Source of the DNA: Eledone cirrhosa
Taxonomy: Eukaryota
Assembly (NCBI GenBank): GCA_964016885.1
Contig: OZ024741.1
Span: 141,546,001-141,610,000 of the forward strand
Length of the DNA: 64,000 nucleotides
Reading direction: 5' to 3'
In this document: piece by piece, positions 24,608-38,174 of the stretch
Layout: every line of letters begins with the position of its first letter
How positions within the stretch are numbered: the first letter of the stretch is position 1
Notes under the pieces: model-generated
Seen by the model: only the letters and a program-made list of their open reading frames with translations
Told to the model about the DNA's origin: nothing
The model's database searches: none
Program-made: the position numbers and the translations under genes

Positions 24608-24965
24608 CCTTGAATCTCAGTCATTGATGTTGGTTAACTGGAAAGTCCGTTGGATTGAATATCAAGCCACTACCTGCAGCCTCAGATATTCAGGACGTAT
24701 CGGAGGGTTCTTGCCGTTCCAAGCAAGCATGCCTTTTGAAGCGTTCCAAAAAGCGTGAAGGGGCCGATTTTCTTTAACCATCCCTGGAAACCTTTGGAGA
24801 TAGTCCCCAGTGCGCCTATGACAATCGGGATCACTTTGACTTCATGGCAGTTCCAAATCCTTTTCACCTCCCACTTTAGGTCCTGGTATCGGTTAATTTT
24901 CTCCCTCTCCTTCTCTTGCACTCTCGTGTCGAACGGGCAGGCCACATCCACAATCAGGCACGATC

Positions 24966-24968
<3 letters not shown>
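24608..24968 (-). mobile_element. R4/Dong family A, 360-bp 3' fragment (copy A4)
   Basis: Identical by eye to 17971-18330, including the AATAACAATAAC tail variant; (TTA)n on both sides. Confidence 0.95.
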
Positions 24969-25018
<50 letters not shown>

Positions 25019-25020
<2 letters not shown>

Positions 25021-27951
25021 AGGCTTACAAGGACCGAGTCAACAATTTAGTTAAGCAAAAGTTGACAGGGGGATCATTAACAACAGATGGTGGGTGGCTC
25101 TCAAAAGAGAGATTAGAGTAACTTCGATAGAGTTCATCAAAGAACTAGTGTTAGAGAAAAATAGAAAGGAGGGGGAGATGGTAGATAAGTTAGACGAGGC
25201 TATTTGTAGTGGCATCGCAAATGACGTGCTAGCGGCGAGAATGGCATTAGACCATTTCTTCAATGCCAAACACGAAGGTTGCATTGTCAGAGCTAAGGCG
25301 CATGCGCTGAGAAACGAGGGAACTAAAGCTGTTCGATGGGCCCGCGTGGTGGAGGCGCATCGTGGTAATAAAACCACAATTCGGTCTTTGGCGGACCGAG
25401 ACGGACACGAGATAAGCGATTCCAAGCGGATGTGTGAGGCTTTTCGCCAGCACTTTGCTCGGTTGTTCAGAGAGAGTGGCGAGTCAGAGAGAGTAGCGGA
25501 TTTCAGTCCCTACCTTGACGGCTTGCCGCGCATCTCGACGGTCGACGCTGAGCGCTGTGAAAGGCCGATTATTTCAGCCGAAATTCAGGACGCCCTTGTC
25601 GGCTGCATGAGGCGCAAGTCACCCGGTTTGGATGGCCTGTCCTACGAGCTTTACGTAAATATGCCAGACTTGTTCTCCGAACTCCTCGAAGCACTCTACT
25701 GCAACTGGCAGCAGAATGGGAGTATTCCCAGTTCTGTGAGCAGGGGAGTGGTGACGCTGATAAGGAAAGACGAGAACAAGAGGGATACCTTAGACAACTT
25801 CAGGCCCATAACACTGCTCAACACAGAGTTTAAGATTTTTGCCAAGGTGTTAGCAAAGAGATTGGCGCTTGTCGTCGAGGATTTGGTTGGAGAGGCGCAA
25901 ACTTGCGCAATCCCAGCCAGGTCCATACACGACAATTTCCACCTTATGCGATACATCATAGAGAGGGTAGGGTGTAAACCTGGCTTCGGTGGGGCACTGA
26001 TCAATTTAGATCAATCGAAAGCATTCGATAGGGTCGACCATCGATATCTGGAGTTTGTCCTCAAAGCAGCTGGCTTTGGCCCTGTCTTTAGAAGCTGGAT
26101 CGTTGCAATGCACAGCGACACATGCTCGGTGGTCAAAGTTAATGGCCACCTCTCGGAACCATTTCGGCTCTCCCGATCGGTCCGTTAAGGGTGCCCTCTC
26201 TCTTCCCTTCTGTACGTATTGACTCTCGAGCCTTTACTGCGGAAGCTGGAGCTGTTGCAGGGCATCCCGCTCGAACCGGGACGTGGAAAGGCGTTGTCGG
26301 CTTATGTGGACGACATCACGGTGATGGTGTCGAACACCTCAGAAATCGAGGTGGTAGGCACCTAATTGAAGGAATATGAAAGGTTGACAGGAGCCAAACT
26401 TAACCCGGAAAAGTCGGTGGGCTTGCAGCTCGGCACCTGGAGAGGTAAGCCCATGCCGTCCAACAGCGTCGTGGGGCGCTGGACGGACGGACCGGTAAAG
26501 TTGCTCGGGGTTTGGTTCGGACCAGACCTCCAGGTGGAAAAGAATTGGGACGAGGTAACGAGCAGAGTAGCCAGTCTCACCCAAAAATGGGCTGGGAGGA
26601 AGCTATCACTGAAAGGTCGCGCGGAGGTGGCGAATGCGTACATCGCGTCCGTCATCTACTACCGCCTGACCGTCGTGCCTTGCCCCCGTCCGCGCCTCGT
26701 CAAGCTGGAACGGCTCCTCTTCAAATTCTTGTGGAGGGGACAAGTTCCGTTGGTGAGGCGGTCCACCTGCTGCCAGCACCCTCTATGCAGAGGGCTGGGC
26801 TGCCGTGGCTAATGATGCGCAGACATGCGTTGAGGCTGCGACATCTCCAGATATTCTGCCTCAACGGTGAACAGGTGTGGTCGCCGTTTATCAGACGGGC
26901 CTTTCCGCAGCTCATTTCTTTGACTGAGCTGCAGTCCTGGGTCAAGAAGAGACCGAGACTGGGTGACTGGCACCTGGAATGTTTCCAGGCACTCACTGCC
27001 CTCTACCAAGCGGGCAATGCGATCAGTGGAACTTCCACTCTCGAGTTCTATAGAGGATTAGTGGTGGGCAAGTGCGATGACGCACTCGGAGAAGCTTTGG
27101 GCCTCGACGAAGTCGAACTGACCAGTCTCTACCGGAGGACTTTTGAGCCGGGGACGATGGACAATTTCCAGAAATCCCTTGCTTGGCATTGCTACCGGGG
27201 AGCACTGCCGGTTCGGGATAAACTCTACAGGCACCGAAGTGATGTCAGACGGACCTGTCCAAGATGCGCAGAGAACGACGAAACCGTTCTGCACGCACTT
27301 GTCCAATGTCCGAGCATTACTGACTTGTGGAGTTATGTCGAACAGCTACTGTCGCGTGTAGAACGAATCCGGCTATCGGCCGAGTCCATAGTGAAGATCG
27401 ATCCACCGCCTTCCTTAGGTCAGGAAGAGCAGGAAATTTTCTTCTGTCTGGTGGCAGTTGCGAAAGAGATTATATGGTGGACCAGGTTGAAAGGACTAAA
27501 AACAGACACTTTTCTCTTCGGCCAATCCCTCATCAACTTCTTCAAGTTTCACCTGGAAAGGAAGGTGAGGGTGGAGAGAGAAGTGCTGCCCCCCAGTACA
27601 TTTGCTAAAAGGTGGGTGAATGTGGCGAGTATGGCTCGTGTGAATGGGCCTACTCTGACCATGCGCCTATAGGCTGGCTAACTTGAGGAGAGGGGTGCGC
27701 TCCCTGGGTGCCCTAGAAGCGCAGGGTGGTTCAGGATTGGTGGGGTACCCGAATCACCCCAGGGTCGTCCATCCCCTATCGGGGAATTTATTTTGTTATA
27801 TTTATGCATAGTTTATTTTATATTTTTATATTTTCATTGTTAAATTAGTCTTGCCATTGTGCACTTTTACTCGACCTTATTGTAAACCCCCACTGTCCCT
27901 ATCTTTGTATTGTCCCCTACATGTCGGCTCTTGTGGCTAATAAATGAAATC
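25019..27951 (+). mobile_element. Tx1-clade family D, 5'-truncated and defective ORF2
   Basis: KSPGLDG, FRPITLLN, DQSKAFD, YVDD and CPRC...HALVQC; stop at 26186 plus frameshifts; ends AATAAATGAAATC followed by (ATT)6. Confidence 0.92.
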
Positions 27952-28185
27952 ATTATTATTATTATTATTGAATGCTATGGTTGACGGAGGCTCGGCTCTG
28001 TAAGGTATTGTAAATTTTGAACGCTATAACAATTGTAAATTGTTTAAAACTTAGACCAACTTGTAGACAAAAACACCCTCCTCCTCGTGAGAGGGGTCTT
28101 TCTGCCCGTTATTTGGCCCTTCGGGGTTAAATAACTGCTTATTGGGGTTTTGTACCCAATATTTATTTTAAACAAAAAAAACAAC

Positions 28186-30291
28186 ATGGCTACGAAAAAG
28201 AATTTGCATAGGTCACTCCCACTCATTCCGTCTTCTTCTTCCCCAATCGTCACTACAGCAGAGAGAAGATTGTCTCTCTCCCTCCCTTCTTTAAATGTGT
28301 CTCTCTCCCTCCCTTCTCTTTCGCAAGCGACGACAGAAAAGAAAAGTCTTGTGCAAAGCGTGCAAGATTTCTCCACGACGACAACAACGAAACAGGTGTG
28401 CGGGAAATACGAAAACCCATTTCATTCGTCTGACGTCAGGAATAATAGCAGTAGCAGCCGTAATAACAACAGCAACAGTGACAATGAAAACAACAGTAGC
28501 AGCCGCAACAGCATCACCAGCAGCATAAACAACAACAGCATTAGCAGCAGCAACACCAACAACAACCACAGCAACAGCGGCGGAGGCAGTAGTCGTAGTA
28601 CCTGCAGCAACAACAAAAGTAACAGCAGCTCTGACGACAACAACAACAACAGCAGCAAAGAAAAACCAATATCGTTTGCAGGTATCGCGAAGAACCTGGA
28701 AACAATCCTCATAACAAATGAGGAATTAGAGGAAGCGAAGAAGATGGTGACAAATATAGGACACCGATCAATCTGCAAGGCAGCGGAAAAATTTTTCGAA
28801 ACCCAACAGCACTGTACGGTCACGTACCGTACAGTAAGTACAAAATCCCGTAGGGTTGAAAGAGCCACAGAGGCTCAAATACAAAAAGCCTTGGGGTCTG
28901 TGTGGCAGCGGAAAACGCACATCACCCGAGGCAAAAAATATGCCACCGTAGACGTACTTTTTGCCACACCCCAGGAGGCAAAGGCTCAATCCGTAGTGAC
29001 CCTAAGGAGCGAGGAAATGGTGTTGGTGCCCTCCTACTGCGGGCAAAAAATTGTGAGGGTCAAACTGACCCACGTCCCCCCCCCCCCCCCGGGATGGCCC
29101 CTTCTTGGCTTGCCGCGTCTGTCCTCGTCGGAATCGAGGACAAAACAACTGTATTGCAAGTACAGAAAAAAGTAAGAGAAGATTGGGTCGGCACCTCCAT
29201 TGAGATGTTATTCCAAACCAGCCAGGAGTGCATCGAAGCTATCCCGGATGTGATAGACTTCGATAACGGCACTCAACTGCCCATAAGTGTTGAGGGCAAA
29301 CGCCCGAAATGCTTTCGCTGTGGATCGAAGACTCACCTCAGGGCCTTCTGCAACGAGAAGACCCTGAGAAAGGAGAAAACCCCCCCTCCTTCCGAAACCG
29401 GCTCCACGGCTACCAGCAACAGAACAAGCGGCAACCATGAACGATAGGTCCGTGGCACCCATACCCACTCCACGGAAATCAAAAACAGCAGCAGCAGTGG
29501 AAATATTAACAACAACAACAGCAATACCAAATGCAGCTGCAACAGAGACTCCAGTGCTAACATCACCAACGACAACAAGTGAAAGAGTGGAGCTGGTACC
29601 CCTCCCCGACCTCACAGAATCAGACATGGAATGTGAGGTGGGAGAGGGATGGCATAAGGTCGTAAGAAGGCACAAACGCAGAAGCAGCGCATCGTCGCCT
29701 TTGAAAAGGGAGGAAAGAAATGAGAAAAGGGTAAAGTCTACTGCAAAGAGACTCACAGCAGCAACACCACCAACACCATCACCACCCACACTAGCACCAC
29801 CATCACCACCGGCAACAACCCCACCGCCAACAACACCTTCAACACCACCACCACAAGCACCAACATCGCAAACACAACAACAAAACACACACACCCAGCA
29901 ACAACGACAAGAAAATAGCAGAACCACACCCCACCCCCAGAAAAACAAATGCACGGCAATAAATACACACAACAAGAAACTAATGACTTACATAATTGAA
30001 CACACAGACATTTCACAACACGACTACATAATACCAGCACCGATCAAAACGCCAACTAACATAAGACTGCTAAAAATAGCACAGAAACAATACACAAACA
30101 TTAAAACGAAATTCCCCAACGCAGTTGGTGATTTCAGGGACCTAGGAGGAACTATCAATCGAAGAGTATATTCGGACATACTCATAGAAGAGCCGACGAC
30201 CAGCCGAAGGGACGATTCAACGGTCCCTTCACCAGACGATCAAGTGAAAAGGGATGTAAAAACCATCCCTCCTCTACGAAAAGTACGGTAA
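28186..30291 (+). CDS. ORF1, gag-like zinc-knuckle nucleic-acid-binding protein (two apparent frameshifts)
   Basis: Starts MATKK; N/S-rich and T/P-rich tracts; CFRCGSKTHLRAFC (CX2CX4HX4C). Frame changes can be placed at poly-C runs ~29076-29090 and ~29380-29386. Confidence 0.75.
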
Positions 30292-30326
30292 GTTGTCTTT
30301 CCCATCTTTTCCACTCTATTTTAAAC

Positions 30327-33300
30327 ATGACCTCACTCAGAATAGGCAGCATAAATGCGCGTGGCTTGGGGTCGTCATGGAAGCAGGGTCACCTGCTCAA
30401 CGACCTCAGGTCACTAAACATAGATGTAGTGGCCATCAGCGAGACCAGAATCTCCGAAGCACGGGCCTTCGCACCGATCTTCGGCGGCTACGATGTGTAC
30501 GCATCTCCCAGCCGTCCTGGATCGGGGGGAGGAGTTGCTGTGCTTTTTCGGAGAGGTTTGGATCCCGCCATACGGGCCATTTTCCTGGACCCAGAGGGTA
30601 AGCTGGTGGTGCTGGACGTGACCAGCGGAGACGGGCAAGCTTTCAGGCTAGTGGCCGTCTATGCCCCGACAGGTGCAGGGCAGCCTGATTTCTTCCGGCA
30701 TCTGGAGACCTTTCTTGGAACGTCCCGCTCTTTAGTGTTAGTGGGCGACTGGAACGGGATCTTAGATGCACGCTGGGACTGTGTGGGATTAGCGGATAGG
30801 GGTGGAGGGTGCAAGAGCCTCACCAACCTGCTCAGGCGTTTTGAACTGTCTGACAGGTACCGATTGGATTTCCCGAATGTGCCAATGTGGACTTGGACAA
30901 ATCGCATAGGGTCATCCAGATCATATCTAGATAGAGTATTTTGTAGGGAAATAGATAGGTCTAGCATAGGCTATCCACAATTCAAGATAGTCAGCTACAC
31001 GGACCACAAATTCGTGATCTGTGTGCTTGACTTAGATAGGCTTCATAGACGAGGACCCGGCTACTGGAAGCTAAACGCGTCCTTACCAGCGCGCAAGGCC
31101 TACAGAGACTGGATTAGCGAACTAGTTAAGCGGGCGTTGACGGGGGCCATCGTCAACAACAAGTGGTGGTTTGCTCTGAAAAGAGCGATTAGAATAGAAT
31201 CCATTAGGTTTAGTAAGGCTTTAGCAATAGAGAAAAATAGAGCAGAGGGAGAACTAGTTAGAAAATTAGACGAGGCGCTTAGCAAAGGCATTGCGACCGA
31301 CGTGCTTGCGGGGAAATTGGCACTTGACCAATTCTTCAATGCAAAGCACGAAGGCTGCGTTGTCAGAGCAAGGGTGCGTGCTCTCAGACACGAGGGGACG
31401 AAAGCCGTTCAACGGGCCCGAGTGGCGGAGGCGCGTTGTGGCAACAAAGCCACGATCCGGTCTTTGGTGGACCACGACGGGCGCATGCTACGCGTTCCCG
31501 GGCAAATGTGTGAAGCTTTTCAGCGACACTTCGCTCAGCTGTTCGGGGGCAGCGGTGGGCCGGGTCGAGGGATGGACTTTAGTGTCTACCTCGACGGACT
31601 GCCGCGGCTCTCGGCCACTGAGGCGAAGTGTTGCAAAAAGCCGATAACAGCCGCTGAAGTAATGGAGGCAATGACTGGCTGCACAAGGGGTAAATCGCCT
31701 GGTTTGGATGGTCTGCCCTATGAACTTTACGTAAAGATGCTAGACTTGTTCGGAGGCCTCTTGGCGGACGTCTACTGCAACTGGCAACAGAACGGGAGAA
31801 TTCCCAGTTCTGTGAGCCGAGGAGCGGTGGCACTGCTGAGAAAGGATCCGAACAAGGGGGATAACATAGATAATTTCCGGCCCATAACTCTGCTAAACAC
31901 AGAGTTCAAGATTTTGGCCAAGGTGCTAGCAAAGAGGTTGGCGCTTGTCGTTGGTGGTCTGGTGGGAGAGGTGCAGACATGCGCCATTCCCGACAGATCC
32001 ATCCACGACAACCTCCACCTCATGCGATACATCGTAGAGAGGGTAGCTAGGGAACCTGGCAAGGGTGGGTCCTTGATCAATTTAGATCAGTCGAAAGCTT
32101 TCGATAGGGTCGACCATCGTTACCTAGTGGCAGTCCTGAGAGCGGCTGGCTTTGGGCCCGTCTTCAGAGGCTGGATCGCTGTCATGCACAGCGACATCTG
32201 CTCTGTGGTGAGAGTGAACGGTCTCCTGTCGGAACCGTTCATCATCATGCGCTCGGTCCGCCAAGTATGTCCCCTCTCGTCCCTCTTGTACATATTGACT
32301 CTCGAGCCATTACTGCACAAACTGGAGACGTTGAGGGGCGTCCCGCGCGAACTAGGATGCGGAAGATCCGTGTCAGCATATGCGGACGATGTCACCGTAG
32401 TGGTGTCGAACGCCAAACACATCGAGGCGATCGGCACTACACTAAGAGAATACGAAGCGGTGACAGGAGCAATGATCAACCAGGAAAAGTCAGTGGGCCT
32501 GCAGCTCGGCACCTGGAGAGACAGGTCCATGCCGTCCAACAGCGTCGTCGGACGCTGGACGGACGGACCAGTTAAATTGCTAGGGGTCTGGTTCGGTCCA
32601 GACCTCCAGACGGACAAAAACTGGGACGATGTGACGAGCAGGGTGGCTTCTCTCACCCAGAAATGGGCGGAGAGGAAGCTATCCCTGAAAGGTCGAGCGG
32701 AGGTGGCTAACGCGTACATCGAGTCTGTCATCTGCTACCGCCTGACCGTCGTACCTTGTCCTAAGCCCCGCCTGACTGCGCTGGAGCGTTTGCTCTTTCG
32801 CTTTTTGTGGAAGGGACGCGCTCCGATGGTCAGGCGGTCCATCTGTTGTCAACACCCGCTACGCGGAGGGCTGGGCATGCCGTGGCTGATGATGCGCAGG
32901 CACGCGCTCAGGCTACGACATCTCCACCTCTTCCTCGACGGTGATCAGGTGTGGTCGCCGTTTGCTAGACACGTATTTCCCCAGCTCGTTTCCTTGACGG
33001 AGCTGCAGTCCTGGGTCAAGCGAAGACCGAGAGGGAGCGCCTGATGACTGGAATGTCTTCAGGCGCTCACAGCCCTCGACCAATCGGGCAATGTGATCGG
33101 TGGAAACTCCACCTCAGCGTTCTATAGAGGATTAGTGGAGGGGAAGAGCGACGACGTACTTGGGGAAACTCTAGGCGTTGACGAAAATCAACTAGCCAAT
33201 CTCTTCGGAAGAACTTTCGGGCCAGGGCCTATGGACAACTTCCAGAAATCTCTGGCCTGGCAGTGCTACCGAGGAGCCTTGCCAGTTCGGGATAAACTCT

Positions 33301-33746
33301 ACAGGCATGGAGGTGCCGTCATCCGGGCATGTCCGAGATGCGCGCAGGGCGACGAAACCGTCCTGCACACACTCGTCCAGTGTCCGAAAATTGCTGACTT
33401 GTGGGTTTATGTCGAACACCTGCTGTCGCGTTTAGGACGGATCCGGCTATCATCTGAGTCCATCGTGAGGATTGCCCCGCCCTCCTCCTTTAGCCGGGAA
33501 GGGCAGGCAGTTTTTATCTGTCTGGTGGCCATGGCGAAAGAGATAGTATGGTGGACACGTTTGAAAGGGCTGAAGACGAGCACTTACCTCTTCGGTGATG
33601 CTCTGATTGACTTTTTCAAATTTCATTTGAAAAGGAAAATCAGAGTAGAGAGGGAAGTGCTCTCTTCCCAGCATTTTGTTGAAAGATGGGTGAGAGAAGC
33701 AAGAATGGCCCGAGTGAATGGGCCTACTCTGAGTATATATCTGTAA
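30327..33746 (+). pseudogene. ORF2: AP endonuclease + reverse transcriptase + CCHC, interrupted only by in-frame TGA-TGA at 33042-33047
   Basis: APE motifs SINARGL, AISET, VYAP, GDWN, LDR and TDH; RT motifs FRPITLLN, DQSKAFD and YADD; CPRC-x7-HTLVQC. ORF 33093-33746 is in the same frame. Confidence 0.9.
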
Positions 33747-33994
33747 ATTAAAGGTGGAAAACTGGGAGAGGGCACTTGCCTTGGTGGCCAGGGTCATTGT
33801 GGCCTTTTACTGGGCTTTCTCCACAAATGTCCCTCCGAAGTCTCCCTCCTATTGGGGAATTTTTCATTGTTATTTTTTGTTACATCCTCTGTTTTTGTTT
33901 TTTACACGCAGAAATGCCCATTTGTACCGTCCTGTATTGTCCTGCACTGTCCTTAATGTCTACTTTATGTAAGCCCTTGTGGTTAATAAAGAAA

Positions 33995-34047
<53 letters not shown>

Positions 34048-35254
34048 TCAGAAAATCTAATTGTATTCTTGTATATCGGAGTGTAATGGAGTTGAAGAAG
34101 AAAATTTCTTGTGAGCAGTATCTACAACCTCTCTTGGATTCCCGTATGTAGTGATTTTTAATACATATATTCTCCCCGACTTGGAAATGCTTGCACATCA
34201 CAACATTCTAGTATCTTCAACATTACGATGTGTACTATTCATTTGTGTCAGACAAACTTTAAATACATGTAAATCCACTTTGGTCTCAGTTGTAAGATTT
34301 TGTTTTAACAAAAGGATATATATATATATATATAAATTTCGCCAACAAAGTAAATTTCAAATATATTTGTATTTCTTATATATAGTTTATTTTATATTTT
34401 CTTTGATTCTTCCCCATCTATTTCCATCTCGACAGACCATTTTCTATTATTTCAATGGAGTTTGTGAATCGATGTTCTCATTACAGAAATTTAAGCTTAC
34501 ATAGATTTTATTCTGAGTTACTAATCTTGATTGAAGATCTGCGTTAAAACTATTTTGGTCCCAAAGCTCAAACGACATCTAAGACAGAAAATGTGAAGAA
34601 AACAACAAAAAATGTTGTAACAAATTTAGGAAATGTACTTATAAACTACAACAGAATGTTGCTGGATTATATGCTAGCCAACAGAAACAGATCAACAGAA
34701 GCCAATGATAAATTATAAGAATTATTAGGGTTGGCGAGGTATTTCGTTTAGTAAAGTTCTAGCAGAAACTTAAAATAGAACGGAATGGAAGAAATTCAAT
34801 TCGACGCATGATGTAGAAAATGTTGTAAAAGGATTAAAACAGGATAAGCTGTCTCGATTAGAATTGATCAGTAATCAATCAGCCAGATTTATATCCTACT
34901 TATCTGGATGATATATCAGAATGTGGTTAAGATGGCAGCAGATTATCTTGGCACTGAGTCCTTTTATACTATTTTAAACAATAGCATATATACCATTTAT
35001 ATTATGCTTGCAAATAAAGAAAGAACAAAAATCATATCTTAATTCCCTTATCATATTTATTCTATTGGCCATGCTCATGAGCCCTTCAATACTGGTGGAG
35101 TTGTAGGGATTCCGTTAGGATAATGCCATTCTTGGGTATTGAAACCTGGTAGGGTTCTTACATTTCCAGGTCTAAACACCGTTGCTTTCTTTCAGAGAGC
35201 GTGGGTGAATAAGAGTGAGGACGTAAGAAATTGCTATAGAGGAAAAATTAACTC

Positions 35255-35400
35255 CAGTATTGGATTATCATTTATTTATCGATTTTGAAAGGATAAAAGA
35301 AAAAGCAAACCCCGGCAGGATTTGAACTCAGAGCACAGAAAGTCATAACAGTTACCAAGAAACATATTATCCGACGTTCTAACAACCCTGCCAATTCGCG
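35255..35400 (-). mobile_element. SINE S1, decayed
   Basis: GGATTTGAACTCAGA (B-box reverse complement) with the S1 body. Confidence 0.6.
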
Positions 35401-35689
35401 ATTTTCTCTTTATTTCGTTACTAGTAAAAACTATGGTATTTTGCAGCTTCATACAATATTACGTTTTGGTTTACTTGCAAAGAGATATTAATTCGCTATA
35501 GTTATGAACATTTTGGAACTGTTGTTATAGTATTCGGTTGTATATATTTACAAACAGCAAGAAAAAAGGGGGGAATAAAATTGGGGAAGTGAGACGAATA
35601 CTTTACACCCTTGTAAATAAATATGGAACGAAAAATATAACTTAGTTTCTTTGGTATAATTGGTCTGTTACTGCTACAAAATATTGCAA

Positions 35690-35892
35690 GGCACTTGAGC
35701 AAGACGTTTTATTTCGTATTGCTCCAATCCTCTCAACTGGCAAAATTGAGTTTTACTTGTGATTCAAAGGTTCAATTTTGTCACACCATGAATCACACTA
35801 AATCATTCTGAGAACAGCGTTAATTCAACGAACATGCTTTTCCGTTAGTCGAATCAACTGGACACACCTCGTTGTAACTGACGGACGTCCAA
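35690..35892 (+). mobile_element. SINE S2 body and tail
   Basis: CTTGAGCAAGACG...TTGCTCCAATCC...TTGTCACAC...GTAACTGACGGACGTCCAAC. Confidence 0.55.
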
Positions 35893-35943
35893 CACACATA
35901 CACACACACACACATACACACAGCGCACAGACACAGACATGTG

Positions 35944-36006
<63 letters not shown>

Positions 36007-36984
36007 ATGAGAGAGACACAGAGTCAGACAGACAGGTAAACAGAGAGACAAAGAGTCAAACAGACAGAGAGCAATGCTGGAAAATTGTGTGAAATACAAA
36101 CATTCTTTGAGTTATCTAAGAAAATTGACAATATTTCTGGCTATCTTTTCTCCTCCTGTGAAACCTCAAATACCGACATAACATATACCACCACTTACTG
36201 CCAAGAGTGCTATTGATTTTTCTATTATATTTTCTACCATAATAGAAAATAATGCAACATTTAATATCAGAGCTAACGTAATATAAATCCGACATAATAT
36301 ACGTCTCGGTATAAAATCGATATAATATGTCATCGTATCATAATGTACCTATATAATTTACTTCTGGTAGTACGTTATCAAAAGAAAACTGCCTTTGAAG
36401 AAAGTGACTGTAAAGAGATTGTTTATTGAAGCTATATGGAAAAAGCGTGCTTGAAGAAGAAAATAGAGAAGAAATGAATGACCAGACAGAGTTGGTTCAC
36501 GGCTAAGTTAATGCAAGTGGTATTCTAAAGAACATATTATTCCTGATATAAAAGTTAAACAAACCGTTAGTTTAAGAAAAAATAGAAAAGAAAATATTAG
36601 GACTAACTAAATTCAACAAACATGAAAAGCTCTGTTACAATACTGTAATCCACTGTTTATTCTCACATAAATGATTATTTCAAAGATGCATTAAACGTTT
36701 CATCTGTTTACGTTTAGACGAAAAGCCAGCGTATAACTACCTTATTACAATTTTATCTTCCATCTTATAAATAACACACTATTGTGAATTACATAAATAT
36801 AAATGTCCTCCCGTAGTTGAAAATGCTATACATTTGCGATGGCGGATCTATATAGTCAATCCTACTAAACCCAATAACTTTCGTTATACATCCTCGTATA
36901 ATGAAAGATGAAAGCATTCAATTTGAAAGTTATGTTGTGTACTTTAAGATAAAGAATATTAAACAAATAAATAAAATTCAATAA

Positions 36985-37625
36985 TAACAACAATAAGGGT
37001 TTCTGATTTAGGTACAAGGTTAGAAATTTTGGAGGAGGGGAAAATCGATTAAATCCACCTCGTCCATTACTGGTACTTTGTTTTATAGACCCCGTAAAAG
37101 CAAAGCTAACCTCAGCAGGATTTGAACTCAGAACATAAAGTGCCGTAACTATATGCCACAAGGCATGGTATCTGACGCTCTACCGATACTACCAATCCAT
37201 CCCCAAGATAATAAATAATGCATTCTGATTTAGGCACAAGGCCATCAATTTTGGGCGGAAGGGAAAGTCGATTAAATAGAACCCAGTGCGTTACTGGTAC
37301 TTTATTTTATCGACCCCGTAAGGATGTCAAAAAGTATGTTGTTCAACGCTCTACTAATAGTGCTAATAATAATAATATATAAATAAAGAATATCATTACA
37401 TACCGTAAAAGGTCAATGGGCTGACAGTGTAGGTAGAGCGTCGACAAAATGTTTTGCTTTCAGTTACGACTTTCTATGTCCTGAGTTCAAATCCCGCCGA
37501 TGTCAGCTATGCTTGTCATATTTCAGGAGTCGATAAAATAAAGTACCAGTTATGTACTGAGGTCGATATAATTGACTTTCCTCTTCTTCCGATATACTGG
37601 CCTTATGTCAACACTAGAAAGAATT
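36985..37625. mobile_element. Cluster of three SINE S1 copies (36985-37200 -, 37215-37350 -, 37415-37625 +)
   Basis: B-box and/or GGTCGATAAAATAAAGTACCAG domain and CCTTGTGCCTAAA-type tails. Confidence 0.75.
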
Positions 37626-37922
37626 TTAAAGCGTAAAGTATTTATTTTGGCTATTTACAGTTTCAGCAATTAGTATACCATGGCGATTCTCTGATCATTC
37701 CACTTAATCCGTCAACTCGCTTGTGGATACATACATTGTCTTCTACTATTGTCACTTAAATCGAACAGGAGAGATAATTAAATTTTAAAGATTTATTTTC
37801 TGATTCATTAGAATATATTCTATTTTTACTTCAAATCATTATTTATGTTTACAGCAGAGTACGTAATGTTATGAACATATTCAGTTGGTATTTGATAATG
37901 TTCATGAACAATTTCTTTAGAC

Positions 37923-38124
37923 AAGGGGTTTCAAACAGGCAGCCCACAAACTTCCTTTCTATGACCCGCGGAAGAACATTTTTTTATGAAAAACATAAAT
38001 ATTCGCCTATCAATTCTATTACAGATTAACATTATGATTAATGAGAATCCCACCCCATTTATCATGTAAATTTTGGCTCACAGGAAATAATGACCATTTT
38101 GATTCTTTGAGTTTGAGACCCAAG
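37923..38124. mobile_element. hAT/Charlie-like MITE, about 200 bp
   Basis: TIRs AAGGGGTTTCAAAC / GTTTGAGACCCAAG; imperfect 8-bp TSD CTTTAGAC (37915-37922)/CTTTAAAT (38125-38132). Confidence 0.6.
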
Positions 38125-38174
38125 CTTTAAATCAATTACTTCCCATGAGAAACCACCGTGCAGAGGAAAAGGTT

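Larger units (their letters stand above)
27970..33996 (+). mobile_element. Tx1-clade (L1 group) family C, full length, about 6.0 kb
   Basis: 5' UTR, ORF1, ORF2 and a T-rich 3' UTR with AATAAA; (ATT)n on both sides and no poly(A) tail. Confidence 0.93.

Noticed and set aside
33041-33047. CTGATGA as a hammerhead core or double selenocysteine (also CTGATGA at ~58148)
   Set aside because: No stem II/GAAA arrangement follows, and the codons align to Trp-His in family D rather than Cys.
10262-33797. Overlapping antisense ORFs of 60-250 aa over the LINEs
   Set aside because: Shadow frames of retrotransposon coding sequence with no independent motifs.
12008-34047. Repeat-spacer organisation as a CRISPR-like or cassette array
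   Set aside because: The repeats are simple (ATT)n and the spacers are retrotransposons; no cas or integrase genes; eukaryotic context.
34540-35030. Possible very old RTE fragment, and a possible CR1-like relic at ~39900-40900 (-)
   Set aside because: Only faint motif echoes; too decayed to support without a profile search.
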